From UHGV virus genome UHGV-0206581: 56,290 bases of DNA; one strand, written 5' to 3'. Source of the DNA: a virus. Below, one piece after another: positions 26,506 through 35,457 of this stretch; the first letter of the stretch is position 1, and each line of letters opens with the position of its first letter. The notes beneath the pieces were generated by a model. The model saw only the letters and a program-made list of their open reading frames with translations, ran no database searches and was not told the origin of the DNA. Both the position numbers and the translations under genes were made by a program.

Positions 26506-27653
26506 TGCTCCCTAAAATATATTCAGCGTTTCTCAACTTGACAAATGCATGTAACTTGGCGTGTCGCTATTGTTTTGTGGAACAGCATCCAGATATGATT
26601 TCCCTTCAGGTAGCGAAAGATGCAGCGGATTTTTTGGCCGCCAACGCGGGAGACGGGGTTCCGTCTATCAACTTTTTCGGCGGGGAACCGCTACTGATGT
26701 GGGACGCTATTATAGTCCCGCTGACCGAGTATGTCCGGGATCGGTATCCAGCATATAACCTTTCTATGACAAGCAATGGAACTCTGTTGAACCAGGAGCG
26801 GGCGGAGTATATGAGGAAGAAAGGAATAGGGCTCTTGCTTTCCATGGACGGAGACAGACGGACTCAGGAGCGCAATCGACCGCTTCAGGATGGCGGCTCC
26901 AGTTTCGACGTTCTGGGGAAAAAGCTTCCTTTAATTTTGAAATACTTTCCTGATGTGATGTTCCGATCTACGGTAACACCGGAGACCGCAGTTGACTTGT
27001 TTCACGATATGATATTTGCAGAACAAGCTGGTTTCCGCACATTTTTTACTATGCCGGATAGTTTTGCAAATTGGGACGGCACTGAGCCACTGGAGGAGGA
27101 ACTTCGGCGCTATTCAGAGCATTATGTCGAGTGCTTAGAAAATGGATGGGAACCAATCTACTTCACACAGATTGAAAAGTTTTTCCCCAAAATACTCTTG
27201 CACAACCAGGCGATCCAAGAGGGGGCAAACCGCGCCTATACCTCATGTATGGCCTGCGGCAAGTGCGGACTGGGTTCTGGGCGCTATGCGGGGATTAACC
27301 TGAATGGAGATATCCTAGCTTGTCAGGAGTTCTTTTCACGAGGAGATAATCCATTCGTGATTGGAAATATCTATACTGGGGTGGTAGATGAGACGCGGAG
27401 ACGACTTATGCAGAAATACGATAGCGCACAGGTTGAAGGGGATGGGTGCGATGAATGCCCCCTGAACCGCATCTGTGATGGAGGGTGCGTGGCCAACAAC
27501 TATATTCGATCGGGGAGTTTCCACCATATGCCCCCCATCTGCTGTCGGTGGAACCGTCTGCTATTCCGAGAGGCAATCTATCTAATGGAGCGGCTGGGCA
27601 AGGCAAGAAACAAACGCTTTTTAGAGAGGTGGCATATCTATGTTGCCAGATGA
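26505..27653 (+). CDS. Radical SAM/SPASM domain protein
   Basis: CNLACRYC, FFGGEPLL, TSNGTLL, SMDG; SPASM cysteines CGLG...ILACQEF...CDECPLNRICDGGC...ICC. Confidence 0.95.
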   Translation: MLPKIYSAFLNLTNACNLACRYCFVEQHPDMISLQVAKDAADFLAANAGDGVPSINFFGGEPLLMWDAIIVPLTEYVRDRYPAYNLSMTSNGTLLNQERAEYMRKKGIGLLLSMDGDRRTQERNRPLQDGGSSFDVLGKKLPLILKYFPDVMFRSTVTPETAVDLFHDMIFAEQAGFRTFFTMPDSFANWDGTEPLEEELRRYSEHYVECLENGWEPIYFTQIEKFFPKILLHNQAIQEGANRAYTSCMACGKCGLGSGRYAGINLNGDILACQEFFSRGDNPFVIGNIYTGVVDETRRRLMQKYDSAQVEGDGCDECPLNRICDGGCVANNYIRSGSFHHMPPICCRWNRLLFREAIYLMERLGKARNKRFLERWHIYVAR

Positions 27654-28572
27654 GCTGATCGAAGTACCGGAATACCTGAAGGGGGAACTTACCGGTGCAA
27701 ACGTCATGCCCATGTGCGACTTCTGTACGGAGATTGCCTGTGAGACAGATGGAATGGCCTGTGGTGAGACTTGCGGCCAAGGATGCCACGGGCAATGTAC
27801 TGTGGTACAGTGCGGACAGTGTAGCGGCTGCCTGGGTGGATGCCAGATATGCGAATCATCCTGCCAAAATTCCTGTCAGTCCTGTCAGTCATCCTGCGAA
27901 TCGGCAGCGCAAAACCCTACCAGCTATGGTTCCATCACGGTGGGTGAAGTTACCAGCCATACTATTGAAGTAACGCTGAAAGCCATTTCAAAAGCAACAT
28001 CTTATGTGATCGCCTATCGGCCAGACAGCACGACCACTGCCCGAAATGTGGAAACTACGTCGCGAAATTACACGCTAACAAGCCTCGAGCCTAACCAGAG
28101 GTATGTAATTAACTACTATGGCAAGAACAGCTACGGAACCGGCCCTTATATGCCTTCCCCGGTCTATGCCACCACAAGGCCAGAGATTGTAATTGAACCG
28201 TGGTCATGGACATCATCCAATGGGGCAGCGACGGACACACAGACCCGTAACGCCTACCAAATTTTACAGGGTAACCGGGCAGCGGATGACTTCCATCACA
28301 ATGTATGGAACGACTTCATAGACAAGATTGTGGAGATGCGAGAGGCATACGGATTGTTTTGGACGACGGACAGTGGGCGCTTTCCCTCCGCCTCCGGGTG
28401 CAAGGTGTCCGCCGGGGACACACTGACCGCCGAGATTTACAACGCGGCCAAGACCAATATAGGTTCCATACAATCTACCGGGATACAGGATGTAGATCCG
28501 GGGGACGAGATAACCGGATACCACGTTCTTCACATCTCGGATGTTCTGAATGATATCATTGGAGGTCTGTAA
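27640..28572 (+). CDS. Cys-rich (SCIFF/ranthipeptide-like) N-terminus fused to an FN3-like domain; probable virion protein
   Basis: 16 Cys in residues 26-86; YTLTSLEPNQRYVINYYGKNSYGTGP is FN3-like; overlaps the rSAM stop. Confidence 0.8.
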   Translation: MLPDELIEVPEYLKGELTGANVMPMCDFCTEIACETDGMACGETCGQGCHGQCTVVQCGQCSGCLGGCQICESSCQNSCQSCQSSCESAAQNPTSYGSITVGEVTSHTIEVTLKAISKATSYVIAYRPDSTTTARNVETTSRNYTLTSLEPNQRYVINYYGKNSYGTGPYMPSPVYATTRPEIVIEPWSWTSSNGAATDTQTRNAYQILQGNRAADDFHHNVWNDFIDKIVEMREAYGLFWTTDSGRFPSASGCKVSAGDTLTAEIYNAAKTNIGSIQSTGIQDVDPGDEITGYHVLHISDVLNDIIGGL

Positions 28573-28733
28573 TGGATAGTCAAAAAATTATTCAAATGGC
28601 GGTAGCAATTAGAGAAGCAGCCTCTAGGATCACAGTATCTGGGCCAAACAATTGGACACAGTTGCTTGGTATTATCCACACAGCGGAATCTATAGTTACA
28701 GAGGCGGGGAAGGAGGGAGAACATGGCGGATAA
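28572..28733 (+). CDS. 53-aa hypothetical protein
   Basis: MDSQKIIQMAVAIREAASRITVSG..., GGAGG RBS, TAATG coupling; not in the ORF track. Confidence 0.65.
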   Translation: MDSQKIIQMAVAIREAASRITVSGPNNWTQLLGIIHTAESIVTEAGKEGEHGG

Positions 28734-30798
28734 ACGGATTGGGGAATTGCCTCTTATCGAAGACCTTGATGATGAGTCTTTTTTTGTGGCTGAACAACAA
28801 GGTGCAGCAGGACATATTACCGGCGCACAGATAAAGGGATTCGCCCGGAAGTCCGTGGAGGATATTGCAAACGCTTCCCAGAAATCGGCTGAAGCGGCGG
28901 CGAAGAGTGCGTCTGCAGCCCAGGAGAGCGCTACTCAGGCGGAGGAAGCGCAGGAAGCAGCAGAGAGTGCCAAGAGTGGGGCAGAGGTTGCACAAAAAGC
29001 GGCGGAAACGGCACAAGGCGCCGCCGCGGACGCGCAGGCCGGGGCGGAGAGCGCCAAGACGGCAGCGGAGGCAGCGGCGGACGTTGCAGCGAAAGACGCC
29101 GCCGAAGGTGTGCGGGAAGAGCTCTCCGTCTATGTGGAGCAGACTAAGGCAAACGCCCAGGCGGCAGCAGATTCGGCTTCGGAGGCCGCAGCGTCCCAAG
29201 AGGCCGCAGCAAAAAGCGCCCAGGGGGCGGCAGGCAGTGCAACTGCGGCGGCGCAGAACGCGGTGGATGCGGCGGATGCCAGAACGGCTGCCGAAGCGGC
29301 ACAGGGCAAGGCGGAGGCCGCCCAGGTGGTTGCGGAAGCAGCCAAGAGCGGGGCGGAGACAGCGGCGGGCACGGCCACTACAAAGGCCGAAGAAGCAAGC
29401 GCGAGCGCCGAGACCGCCAAGCAGTACAGCGGAAAACCGCCGAAGCCGCAGAATGGAACCTGGTGGGTATGGAACGCAGAGACCCAGGCGTATACCGATA
29501 CCGGGATTAAGTCTGTTCTCTCCATTGTGAAATCCTATCCCTCTGTGGAGGCTATGGAGGCGGACAAGCTCAATATGCATGAGGGCGACCTAGTTATCAT
29601 CGCCTCCACTGTAGATGACCCAGATAACTCCAAGCTCTATGTGCATGATGGCGTTGGCTGGGTGTATCTCTCCGATCTTTCCGGCGTGGAGGGCGTGGGG
29701 ATTGCGGGCATCTCTCAGACTGACGGCAACCATGCGCCGGGCACCACGGACACCTACACAATTGAGCTGACCGATGGGAGCTCATACGAGTTCACTGTCT
29801 ACAATGGTGCGGATGGCGACGGAAGCGGAGACATGCAGTCTTCTACATATGACCCACAGGGCAAGGCGCAAGACATCTTCGGATATGCGGACAATGCAGC
29901 AAAAGGCAAGCAAGACAAGCTGAAAGGTACCGCTGGCCAGGTGGTAGGCTTTGACTCCGAAGGCAACGCAATCCCCCAGGCGGCCCCCAGCGGATTGCCG
30001 GATGGCGGAACTGTGGGGCAGTTGCTGGAAAAAACGGAGGACGGGGCAGAGTGGGCAGACAAGCCTGTGATGTATGTAAACATAACGCCACCGGCTGGAG
30101 ATTCCCCGTTCGGAACGGCTGACCACACGATTGCTGAAATAACGCAAGCAGTCTTGAACGGGGTAACCGTGCTTTCAAAAATATCGGCAGGAACCGATAC
30201 TAAAGTAATTCCACTTTCGACTGTAACAGACAGTGTGGCTTCCTTTTCGTCTACGTCTGTAGACTACGGCGGGTCTGTTATCGCCAATATTGTACCCCAA
30301 GAACAGTCCGAAGTGGTTATTATAGCGGAAGATCAATTTAGAGCAAGCCAGATTCTATACGATAAAGGAACGAGTGGCCTTGATTCAGATGATGTGCAAG
30401 GCGCAATCAAAGAACTGGCTAAGAACAAGCAGGACTCCGCAGATGCTGTAACTGTTTCCGGCGGCGGCACGATGCAGATGGGGGAGAGCCTTGGCGACGG
30501 CCCCTACACCATTGAGGTGACAGAAGACGGAGAGGGCGGCGACCTCTCCGCCGAATATGTGGGCTACAGCAACACAGGCAGCGGCCTGGAGGCTACCAAC
30601 GTACAAGAGGCCATAGACGAGCTGGCGGGGAAGGGCGGAGGCGAATACCTCCCTTTGACTGGCGGGACAATGACGGGTCCGCTCACTTTAAGCGGGCTGC
30701 CGACCAGCGAAAACCACGCCGCCAACAAGCAGTATGTGGATGGCTTGGTTGGTGACATCAATGCCATGCTGGATGCCATCAACGGGGAGGTGGTGTGA
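28723..30798 (+). CDS. Tail fibre protein
   Basis: Ala-rich coiled coil, NGTWWVW, TYTIELTDGSSYEFTVYNG, ATNVQEAIDELA, YLPLTGGTMTG...AANKQYVD modules. Confidence 0.85.
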   Translation: MADKRIGELPLIEDLDDESFFVAEQQGAAGHITGAQIKGFARKSVEDIANASQKSAEAAAKSASAAQESATQAEEAQEAAESAKSGAEVAQKAAETAQGAAADAQAGAESAKTAAEAAADVAAKDAAEGVREELSVYVEQTKANAQAAADSASEAAASQEAAAKSAQGAAGSATAAAQNAVDAADARTAAEAAQGKAEAAQVVAEAAKSGAETAAGTATTKAEEASASAETAKQYSGKPPKPQNGTWWVWNAETQAYTDTGIKSVLSIVKSYPSVEAMEADKLNMHEGDLVIIASTVDDPDNSKLYVHDGVGWVYLSDLSGVEGVGIAGISQTDGNHAPGTTDTYTIELTDGSSYEFTVYNGADGDGSGDMQSSTYDPQGKAQDIFGYADNAAKGKQDKLKGTAGQVVGFDSEGNAIPQAAPSGLPDGGTVGQLLEKTEDGAEWADKPVMYVNITPPAGDSPFGTADHTIAEITQAVLNGVTVLSKISAGTDTKVIPLSTVTDSVASFSSTSVDYGGSVIANIVPQEQSEVVIIAEDQFRASQILYDKGTSGLDSDDVQGAIKELAKNKQDSADAVTVSGGGTMQMGESLGDGPYTIEVTEDGEGGDLSAEYVGYSNTGSGLEATNVQEAIDELAGKGGGEYLPLTGGTMTGPLTLSGLPTSENHAANKQYVDGLVGDINAMLDAINGEVV

Positions 30799-30799
30799 T

Positions 30800-31270
30800 G
30801 TGGGCACTGCTGCGGATAAGCTAACCTATTTACAGGAGACGAAAGAGGCAATTCGGAAAGCAATTGAGGCGCAGGGGGGGACTGTGGCCGCGGGGCTCCC
30901 ATTTCGTCAATATGCGGGATATATCACGCGCCTCACCCCGCCGAATGCTTTGGCGGTATCGGACGGTGACGTACAGGTTACCTGTAAGCTGGGCCACCCA
31001 GTACGGGTAGATGGGCCATTAGCCTACCCAACGGGTAAGACCTACTATCTGTCGCTAGAAGGGGACGGACTCCCTGAGATTGGGAATATGCGCTGCCCTA
31101 AAGGGGCGATTCTCTTAATTACCCCTCTATCGGCAGGAGGGAAAATCGCTGTAGAGGGTGGAGCGGAGGCACTTGGCACATCCTCTGATGGCGGCCAGAC
31201 ATACCGAATAACAGGAGATTTTCTGATTTTTAGCTCAGGTGGTATGCACAGCGGCGGGAGCATCAACTAA
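30800..31270 (+). CDS. Tail fibre-associated protein
   Basis: ADKLTYLQETKEAIRKAIEAQGGTV...PFRQYAGYI N-terminal module. Confidence 0.7.
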   Translation: MGTAADKLTYLQETKEAIRKAIEAQGGTVAAGLPFRQYAGYITRLTPPNALAVSDGDVQVTCKLGHPVRVDGPLAYPTGKTYYLSLEGDGLPEIGNMRCPKGAILLITPLSAGGKIAVEGGAEALGTSSDGGQTYRITGDFLIFSSGGMHSGGSIN

Positions 31271-31519
31271 AGTAGATAACTACACGCACCACCTTCTTGG
31301 AGACATAAAAAGCCACCCCCATCGGAGGGGGTGGCATGGACCAATGAAAGGTGAGGGGGTAAAAATGTTGGTCCGCGAAGTCATTATAGCATCCTGGAAG
31401 AGAATAGGCAAGCCTTCTAAGAAAGAGGAAGTGACGAATCAGTATGAAAAGAATCGACTTTGACAAGTACACCACCGCGGTCGCCAGCATCGGCATGTGG
31501 CAATGGGTGGAGGTGTAAC

Positions 31520-32176
31520 ATGGCCATCATTGTAAACGGCAAAAAAGTTGCCGGGGTGGGGCTGCCCGGCAAGGACGGAGCTCCAGGGGCAGACGGCAAG
31601 GATGGTGCACCTGGAAAGTCCGCCTATCAGGCGGCAAAAGAGAAAGGATATACCGGAACCGAAGAGGAGTTTAACACCGCTCTGGCTGGTATGCAAAGTG
31701 CTCCATTCTTGCCGCTGGCTGGCGGCACGATGGCAGGGGCGATTACTTTAAGCGGGCCTCCGACGAATGAAAACTACGCCGTCAACAAGCGCTATGTGGA
31801 CGAGCACGCGGGGGCGAAGGTTATTTTGGGGAGCTATGTGGGAACGGGAAAATCAGGCAAAAGCAACCCTAATCAAATAACCTTAGCCGAACCCTTTAAA
31901 CTACTCTGTATTTATGGTATTCAACATACGGATTCGTATACAAGTATCAGCGATTCTGATATTTGTAATATTATTCCAAGCAGTATTATCCCTACTGAGT
32001 ATACAAGCGGCTTTGGTTTTGGCATGGGCTACCATTATAATCCAAGAGATACTTACGGTAAAAAATCGACGGATGGAAAAACTTTTAGTTGGTATTATGA
32101 CCTTAGCCCGTCTGGTGCAGAAAGTGTGCAATTTAACCAATCTGGAACTGTATATCACTACTACGCCATAGTTTAG
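31520..32176 (+). CDS. Short tail fibre/receptor-binding protein with collagen-like repeat
   Basis: GKDGAPGADGKDGAPGKSAYQAA...GYTGTEEEF; GSYVGTG...YHYYAI C-terminus. Confidence 0.8.
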   Translation: MAIIVNGKKVAGVGLPGKDGAPGADGKDGAPGKSAYQAAKEKGYTGTEEEFNTALAGMQSAPFLPLAGGTMAGAITLSGPPTNENYAVNKRYVDEHAGAKVILGSYVGTGKSGKSNPNQITLAEPFKLLCIYGIQHTDSYTSISDSDICNIIPSSIIPTEYTSGFGFGMGYHYNPRDTYGKKSTDGKTFSWYYDLSPSGAESVQFNQSGTVYHYYAIV

Positions 32177-32196
32177 AAATAAGAGGTGAATTAAAT

Positions 32197-32508
32197 ATGA
32201 CCATCATCCAAATTGACCCGCTGGAGACCGGCCAGCACCCGATCCAGAGCCAGAGCGGGCGGCGCGCCTGCTGGCTGGAGGGCTACATAGAGGTGCCCGC
32301 CCACCTCCATGACACGGTGTGGGCGACCTATGGCTGGTGTAACCTCCAGATTGAGGAGGGCAAGCTGGTGGGTGTCACGCCCACGGAGCGGCCCCCAGAG
32401 CCGGAGCCGGAACCCCAGCCGCCCCTCGCAGAGGACATCAACCTGGACATGCTGGCCGAGCACGAGGAACGGCTTTGTATGTTGGAAATCACCACCAATG
32501 CTGTTTGA
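32197..32508 (+). CDS. Tail fibre assembly-like protein
   Basis: PEPEPEPQP linker and LDMLAEHEERLCMLE; synteny. Confidence 0.7.
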   Translation: MTIIQIDPLETGQHPIQSQSGRRACWLEGYIEVPAHLHDTVWATYGWCNLQIEEGKLVGVTPTERPPEPEPEPQPPLAEDINLDMLAEHEERLCMLEITTNAV

Positions 32509-32522
32509 GGAAGGGGAAGGAC

Positions 32523-32672
32523 ATGAACACGGTATTTAATCTCTGTAAGCTGCTTATTGACCGGGGCCGCACCGACGGCCTCCAGGACAAGATGGATGTC
32601 TACCTGGCCGCCGACCGGCTCACCCCGGAGGAGTACCAGAAGCTGGCCGGGCTACTGGCCCCGGAACAGTAA
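32523..32672 (+). CDS. XkdX-like small protein
   Basis: RLTPEEYQKL motif; sits before the lysis genes. Confidence 0.65.
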   Translation: MNTVFNLCKLLIDRGRTDGLQDKMDVYLAADRLTPEEYQKLAGLLAPEQ

Positions 32673-32710
32673 TCAACAGCGGGATCGCTGGATAAAAGGA
32701 TGTGAATCAA

Positions 32711-34060
32711 ATGAGTAAGATCATTACATATGTCCCGCTCTCGTCCGTGGAGCGGATTGAGCTGAGAGTCACCAACTGCCGCAAGACGCTCTCTCAGGTC
32801 AAGGCTGAAACAAAGGCCCATTACGTGCTCAATGGCGGCATGTGGAACCCAGACGGCACCCCCTGCCCGCTGCTTAAGGTGGGCGGGGCGATGCTCTCCG
32901 GCACGCCCTGGCGTCCGATGGGCTACGCCTGGGACAAGGGCCCGGACATCCGCATGACATCCGAGTACGGGGGAGCGGCCAACTTTATCGCTGTGACCGC
33001 CCTCGTTACCTCCGGTAAGCCGGTGGATAAGCCCTCCTACGGCTCGGCCCAGGGAGGCAAGCGGGGGCGCAGCGCCATTGGCCTGCGTGGTGGCAGTCTG
33101 GCCCTCTATTGCTCTGGCGATGGGACCGGAGACGCAGCCACGCCGGAAACTCTGCGGGACGAGTTGGCCGGGCTGGGCTGGGCCTCCGCCGTCATGCTGG
33201 ACGGGGGCGGCTCCAGCCAGTGTGACTTTGGCGGAGAGCGCATCACCGCCAGCCGCAAGGTGCATAACTGGATTTGCGTGTATCTCAAGCAGGCGGAGCA
33301 GACACCGCCGGAAGAGGAGGACAAGCCTATGAGCAAGCACACTGTATGCCTTGACCCCGGACACGGGCCGGGCAACGTCAACGGATCCCCGGACGGCACC
33401 TACAAAGAGTGGGAGTTTACGTGGGATATGGCACAGCGTGTCAAGCCGCTGCTGGAGGCCAAGGGGGTGGGCGTGGTGCTCACCAAGACCGCGGACAATT
33501 ACCCCAGCCTGACGGAGCGGGCCAACATCAGCAACAAGGCAAAGCCGGATTGCTTTGTGAGCATCCACACCAATGCTGGACAGGGGAAAGGATGGTCGAG
33601 CGGATCTGGGCTTGAAATCTACACCAGCGCCGGGCCCATGACGGCACAGCGCAATGTGCTGGCCTCCAAGCTGGTCAACGCGTTCCACGCCGCCGGGGTG
33701 GCTTTGAGAAGTGAGCCTATCAAACACAACATCGAATTGACCGTGCTCGCCAAGACGGACGCCCCCGCCGCGCTCATTGAGTACGGCTTCCATACCAACA
33801 AGATGGACACGGAGTATCTCAAGGATAGCAAGTACCGGGACAAGCTGGCCGAGGCCACCGCAAAGGGCATCTGTGAGTTCCTGGACGTGGCGTGGCAAGC
33901 CGAACCGGGAGAGGACAACGCGGAGGACACCCCGGACGTTTGGGCCACTGAGGCGTGGGAAAAGACCAAGGACAAGGGCGTACTGGACGGCACCCGGCCT
34001 CGCGATAATATGACCCGGCAGGAGCTGGCCGTCGTGCTGGATCGGTTGAATCTGATTTGA
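32711..34060 (+). CDS. Endolysin: phosphodiester glycosidase (NAGPA-like) + Amidase_3 + SLH-like tail
   Basis: LNGG...RSAIG...AVMLDGGGSSQ; CLDPGHG...E...SIHTNA...ALIEYGFHTN; DGTRPRDNMTRQELAVVL. Confidence 0.9.
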   Translation: MSKIITYVPLSSVERIELRVTNCRKTLSQVKAETKAHYVLNGGMWNPDGTPCPLLKVGGAMLSGTPWRPMGYAWDKGPDIRMTSEYGGAANFIAVTALVTSGKPVDKPSYGSAQGGKRGRSAIGLRGGSLALYCSGDGTGDAATPETLRDELAGLGWASAVMLDGGGSSQCDFGGERITASRKVHNWICVYLKQAEQTPPEEEDKPMSKHTVCLDPGHGPGNVNGSPDGTYKEWEFTWDMAQRVKPLLEAKGVGVVLTKTADNYPSLTERANISNKAKPDCFVSIHTNAGQGKGWSSGSGLEIYTSAGPMTAQRNVLASKLVNAFHAAGVALRSEPIKHNIELTVLAKTDAPAALIEYGFHTNKMDTEYLKDSKYRDKLAEATAKGICEFLDVAWQAEPGEDNAEDTPDVWATEAWEKTKDKGVLDGTRPRDNMTRQELAVVLDRLNLI

Positions 34061-34074
34061 TGGAGGTACATATC

Positions 34075-34347
34075 ATGGACATTTCTTCTTTGGGTATTAC
34101 CGGAGTAGCGGTCATCACTGTGATCTGCTTTCTGGTCGGCCAGGTGGTCAAGGCCACTGGACTGGACAATAAGTGGATTCCCATCATCTGCGGTGCGTTT
34201 GGCGCGGTGCTTGGCATCCTCGGCATGTTCGTCATGCCCGAGTTCCCGGCCAGTGATTACCTTACCGCCGCCGCCGTAGGCATTGTGAGCGGCCTCGCGG
34301 CCACTGGTATCAATCAGGTCTATAAGCAGTTGACTAAGGAGGGCTGA
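34075..34347 (+). CDS. Holin
   Basis: Three hydrophobic segments; NKWIPII...GIVSGLAATGINQ. Confidence 0.85.
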   Translation: MDISSLGITGVAVITVICFLVGQVVKATGLDNKWIPIICGAFGAVLGILGMFVMPEFPASDYLTAAAVGIVSGLAATGINQVYKQLTKEG

Positions 34348-34682
34348 TGCCCATGGAGTGGGTAGGCCCACTGATTTCCGGCGCGGCGGTCGTCCTGGTG
34401 GCAATCATTGAGGCGGTCGCCGCGAGGGAGCGGAAACGCATCAAATCTGACAACCAGAAGAGCGATGCCCTTATGAATGGGGTACAGGCTCTGCTAAGAC
34501 GCGAAATCATTGCCGAGTACAACCATTATACTGAGCAAGGACATATCCCGATCTATGGTATAGAAAACGTGCTGGATATGTATAACGCATATAAGGCATT
34601 GGGCGGAAATGGCATGGCGACGAAGCTGGTAGAGGCCTTGAAGCAACTGCCCACAGAACCGCCGGAGGGCGAAAGGACGTGA
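34347..34682 (+). CDS. Membrane protein of the lysis cassette (holin-like)
   Basis: N-terminal TM; GVQALLR...YNAYKALGGNG. Confidence 0.75.
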   Translation: MPMEWVGPLISGAAVVLVAIIEAVAARERKRIKSDNQKSDALMNGVQALLRREIIAEYNHYTEQGHIPIYGIENVLDMYNAYKALGGNGMATKLVEALKQLPTEPPEGERT

Positions 34683-34686
34683 CTGA

Positions 34687-34947
34687 ATGAGCGCAAGAGT
34701 GAAGTTGCCAGAACCATTGGATGAGCTCTTGCGCTCTGAGCTGGAAGCGGCTATCCACGAAGCGGCCCTACACCGCGACGATGAATTGATCGCCAAGCGG
34801 CGCATCATTGATAAGTGGGGACAGATTGATGTTGCGGCGGAGCTGGGTTGGGATCGAAGCACAGTTAGCGACCACGAGAAATACATATTCCAAAGGGTTG
34901 AGGCTGTAGCAAAGCAGCTCTATACGAAAAAGGGAGCCGGGGATTAA
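34687..34947 (+). CDS. Sigma-70 region 4-like HTH protein
   Basis: GQIDVAAELGWDRSTVS HTH. Confidence 0.7.
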   Translation: MSARVKLPEPLDELLRSELEAAIHEAALHRDDELIAKRRIIDKWGQIDVAAELGWDRSTVSDHEKYIFQRVEAVAKQLYTKKGAGD

Positions 34948-35457
34948 TCCCAGCTCCCTTATTTTTATATGCTTTTTTACTGATCGACATACGCATGTGC
35001 TGTTATCTCCATGGTCATCGTCATACCATAGAATGTTGTAGATCGGGCCCGTCAAGAATCCGTACAGCCTGATCGTCCCTCCAAGTCTGAGTGAGTGAAT
35101 AGACTCCGCTTCGATACATAGCTCTGAAAATCTATCTCTGGCTGGCTTATTGAGCGATGCAACGTCGATCGCATGGTTCTGTTTTTTTGCTGAAATAAAA
35201 ATGTCGCTCCAAGTCATGCGCTCGAAGTCTTGCAATTTTGGGAAAATCGTAGTCCAGAACTCATGAGAGAGACGTGGCTCATGAAAAGACCATCTAATAT
35301 TTTGCTCCATATCGCAAGATGCCAGCCGCCAAGATGGATGCTCCTTCATAATGCTGTCCGGGTCTCCGCCCAGCTTGATGCCGGGTAACGGCACCCCGCC
35401 TTGTCTGACTTCCGATTTCGGAGTGCCACCACATTTAACGCGCTTAGAGCCCGCCAT
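34768..35457 (-). CDS. Putative toxin (RelE-like fold) paired with a Panacea antitoxin; apparent C-terminal read-through
   Basis: IHSLRLGGTIRLYGFLTGPIYNILWYDDDH; start overlaps the antitoxin stop. Confidence 0.7.
   Translation of the reverse strand: MAGSKRVKCGGTPKSEVRQGGVPLPGIKLGGDPDSIMKEHPSWRLASCDMEQNIRWSFHEPRLSHEFWTTIFPKLQDFERMTWSDIFISAKKQNHAIDVASLNKPARDRFSELCIEAESIHSLRLGGTIRLYGFLTGPIYNILWYDDDHGDNSTCVCRSVKKHIKIRELGLIPGSLFRIELLCYSLNPLEYVFLVVANCASIPTQLRRNINLSPLINDAPLGDQFIVAV
34929..34968. terminator. Bidirectional terminator
   Basis: AAAAAGGGAGCCGGGG-ATTAAT-CCCAGCTCCCTTATTTTT. Confidence 0.7.

Noticed and set aside
26505..27653. rSAM as anaerobic sulfatase maturase, RNR activase or QueE-type DNA-modification enzyme
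   Set aside because: No sulfatase, NrdD or queuosine-pathway genes in the genome; direct coupling to a Cys-rich partner is a better explanation, though not proven.
28696..29580. Long antisense and alternate-frame ORFs over the Ala-rich fibre (also 10283-11266, 14049-14876, 32600-33898, 39035-39919)
   Set aside because: Shadow ORFs of GC-rich coding sequence on the opposite strand.
28723..32176. Diversity-generating retroelement or invertible shufflon acting on tail fibres
   Set aside because: No reverse transcriptase, no template/variable repeat pair differing at adenines, and no inverted fibre cassettes; the resolvase is about 25 kb away.
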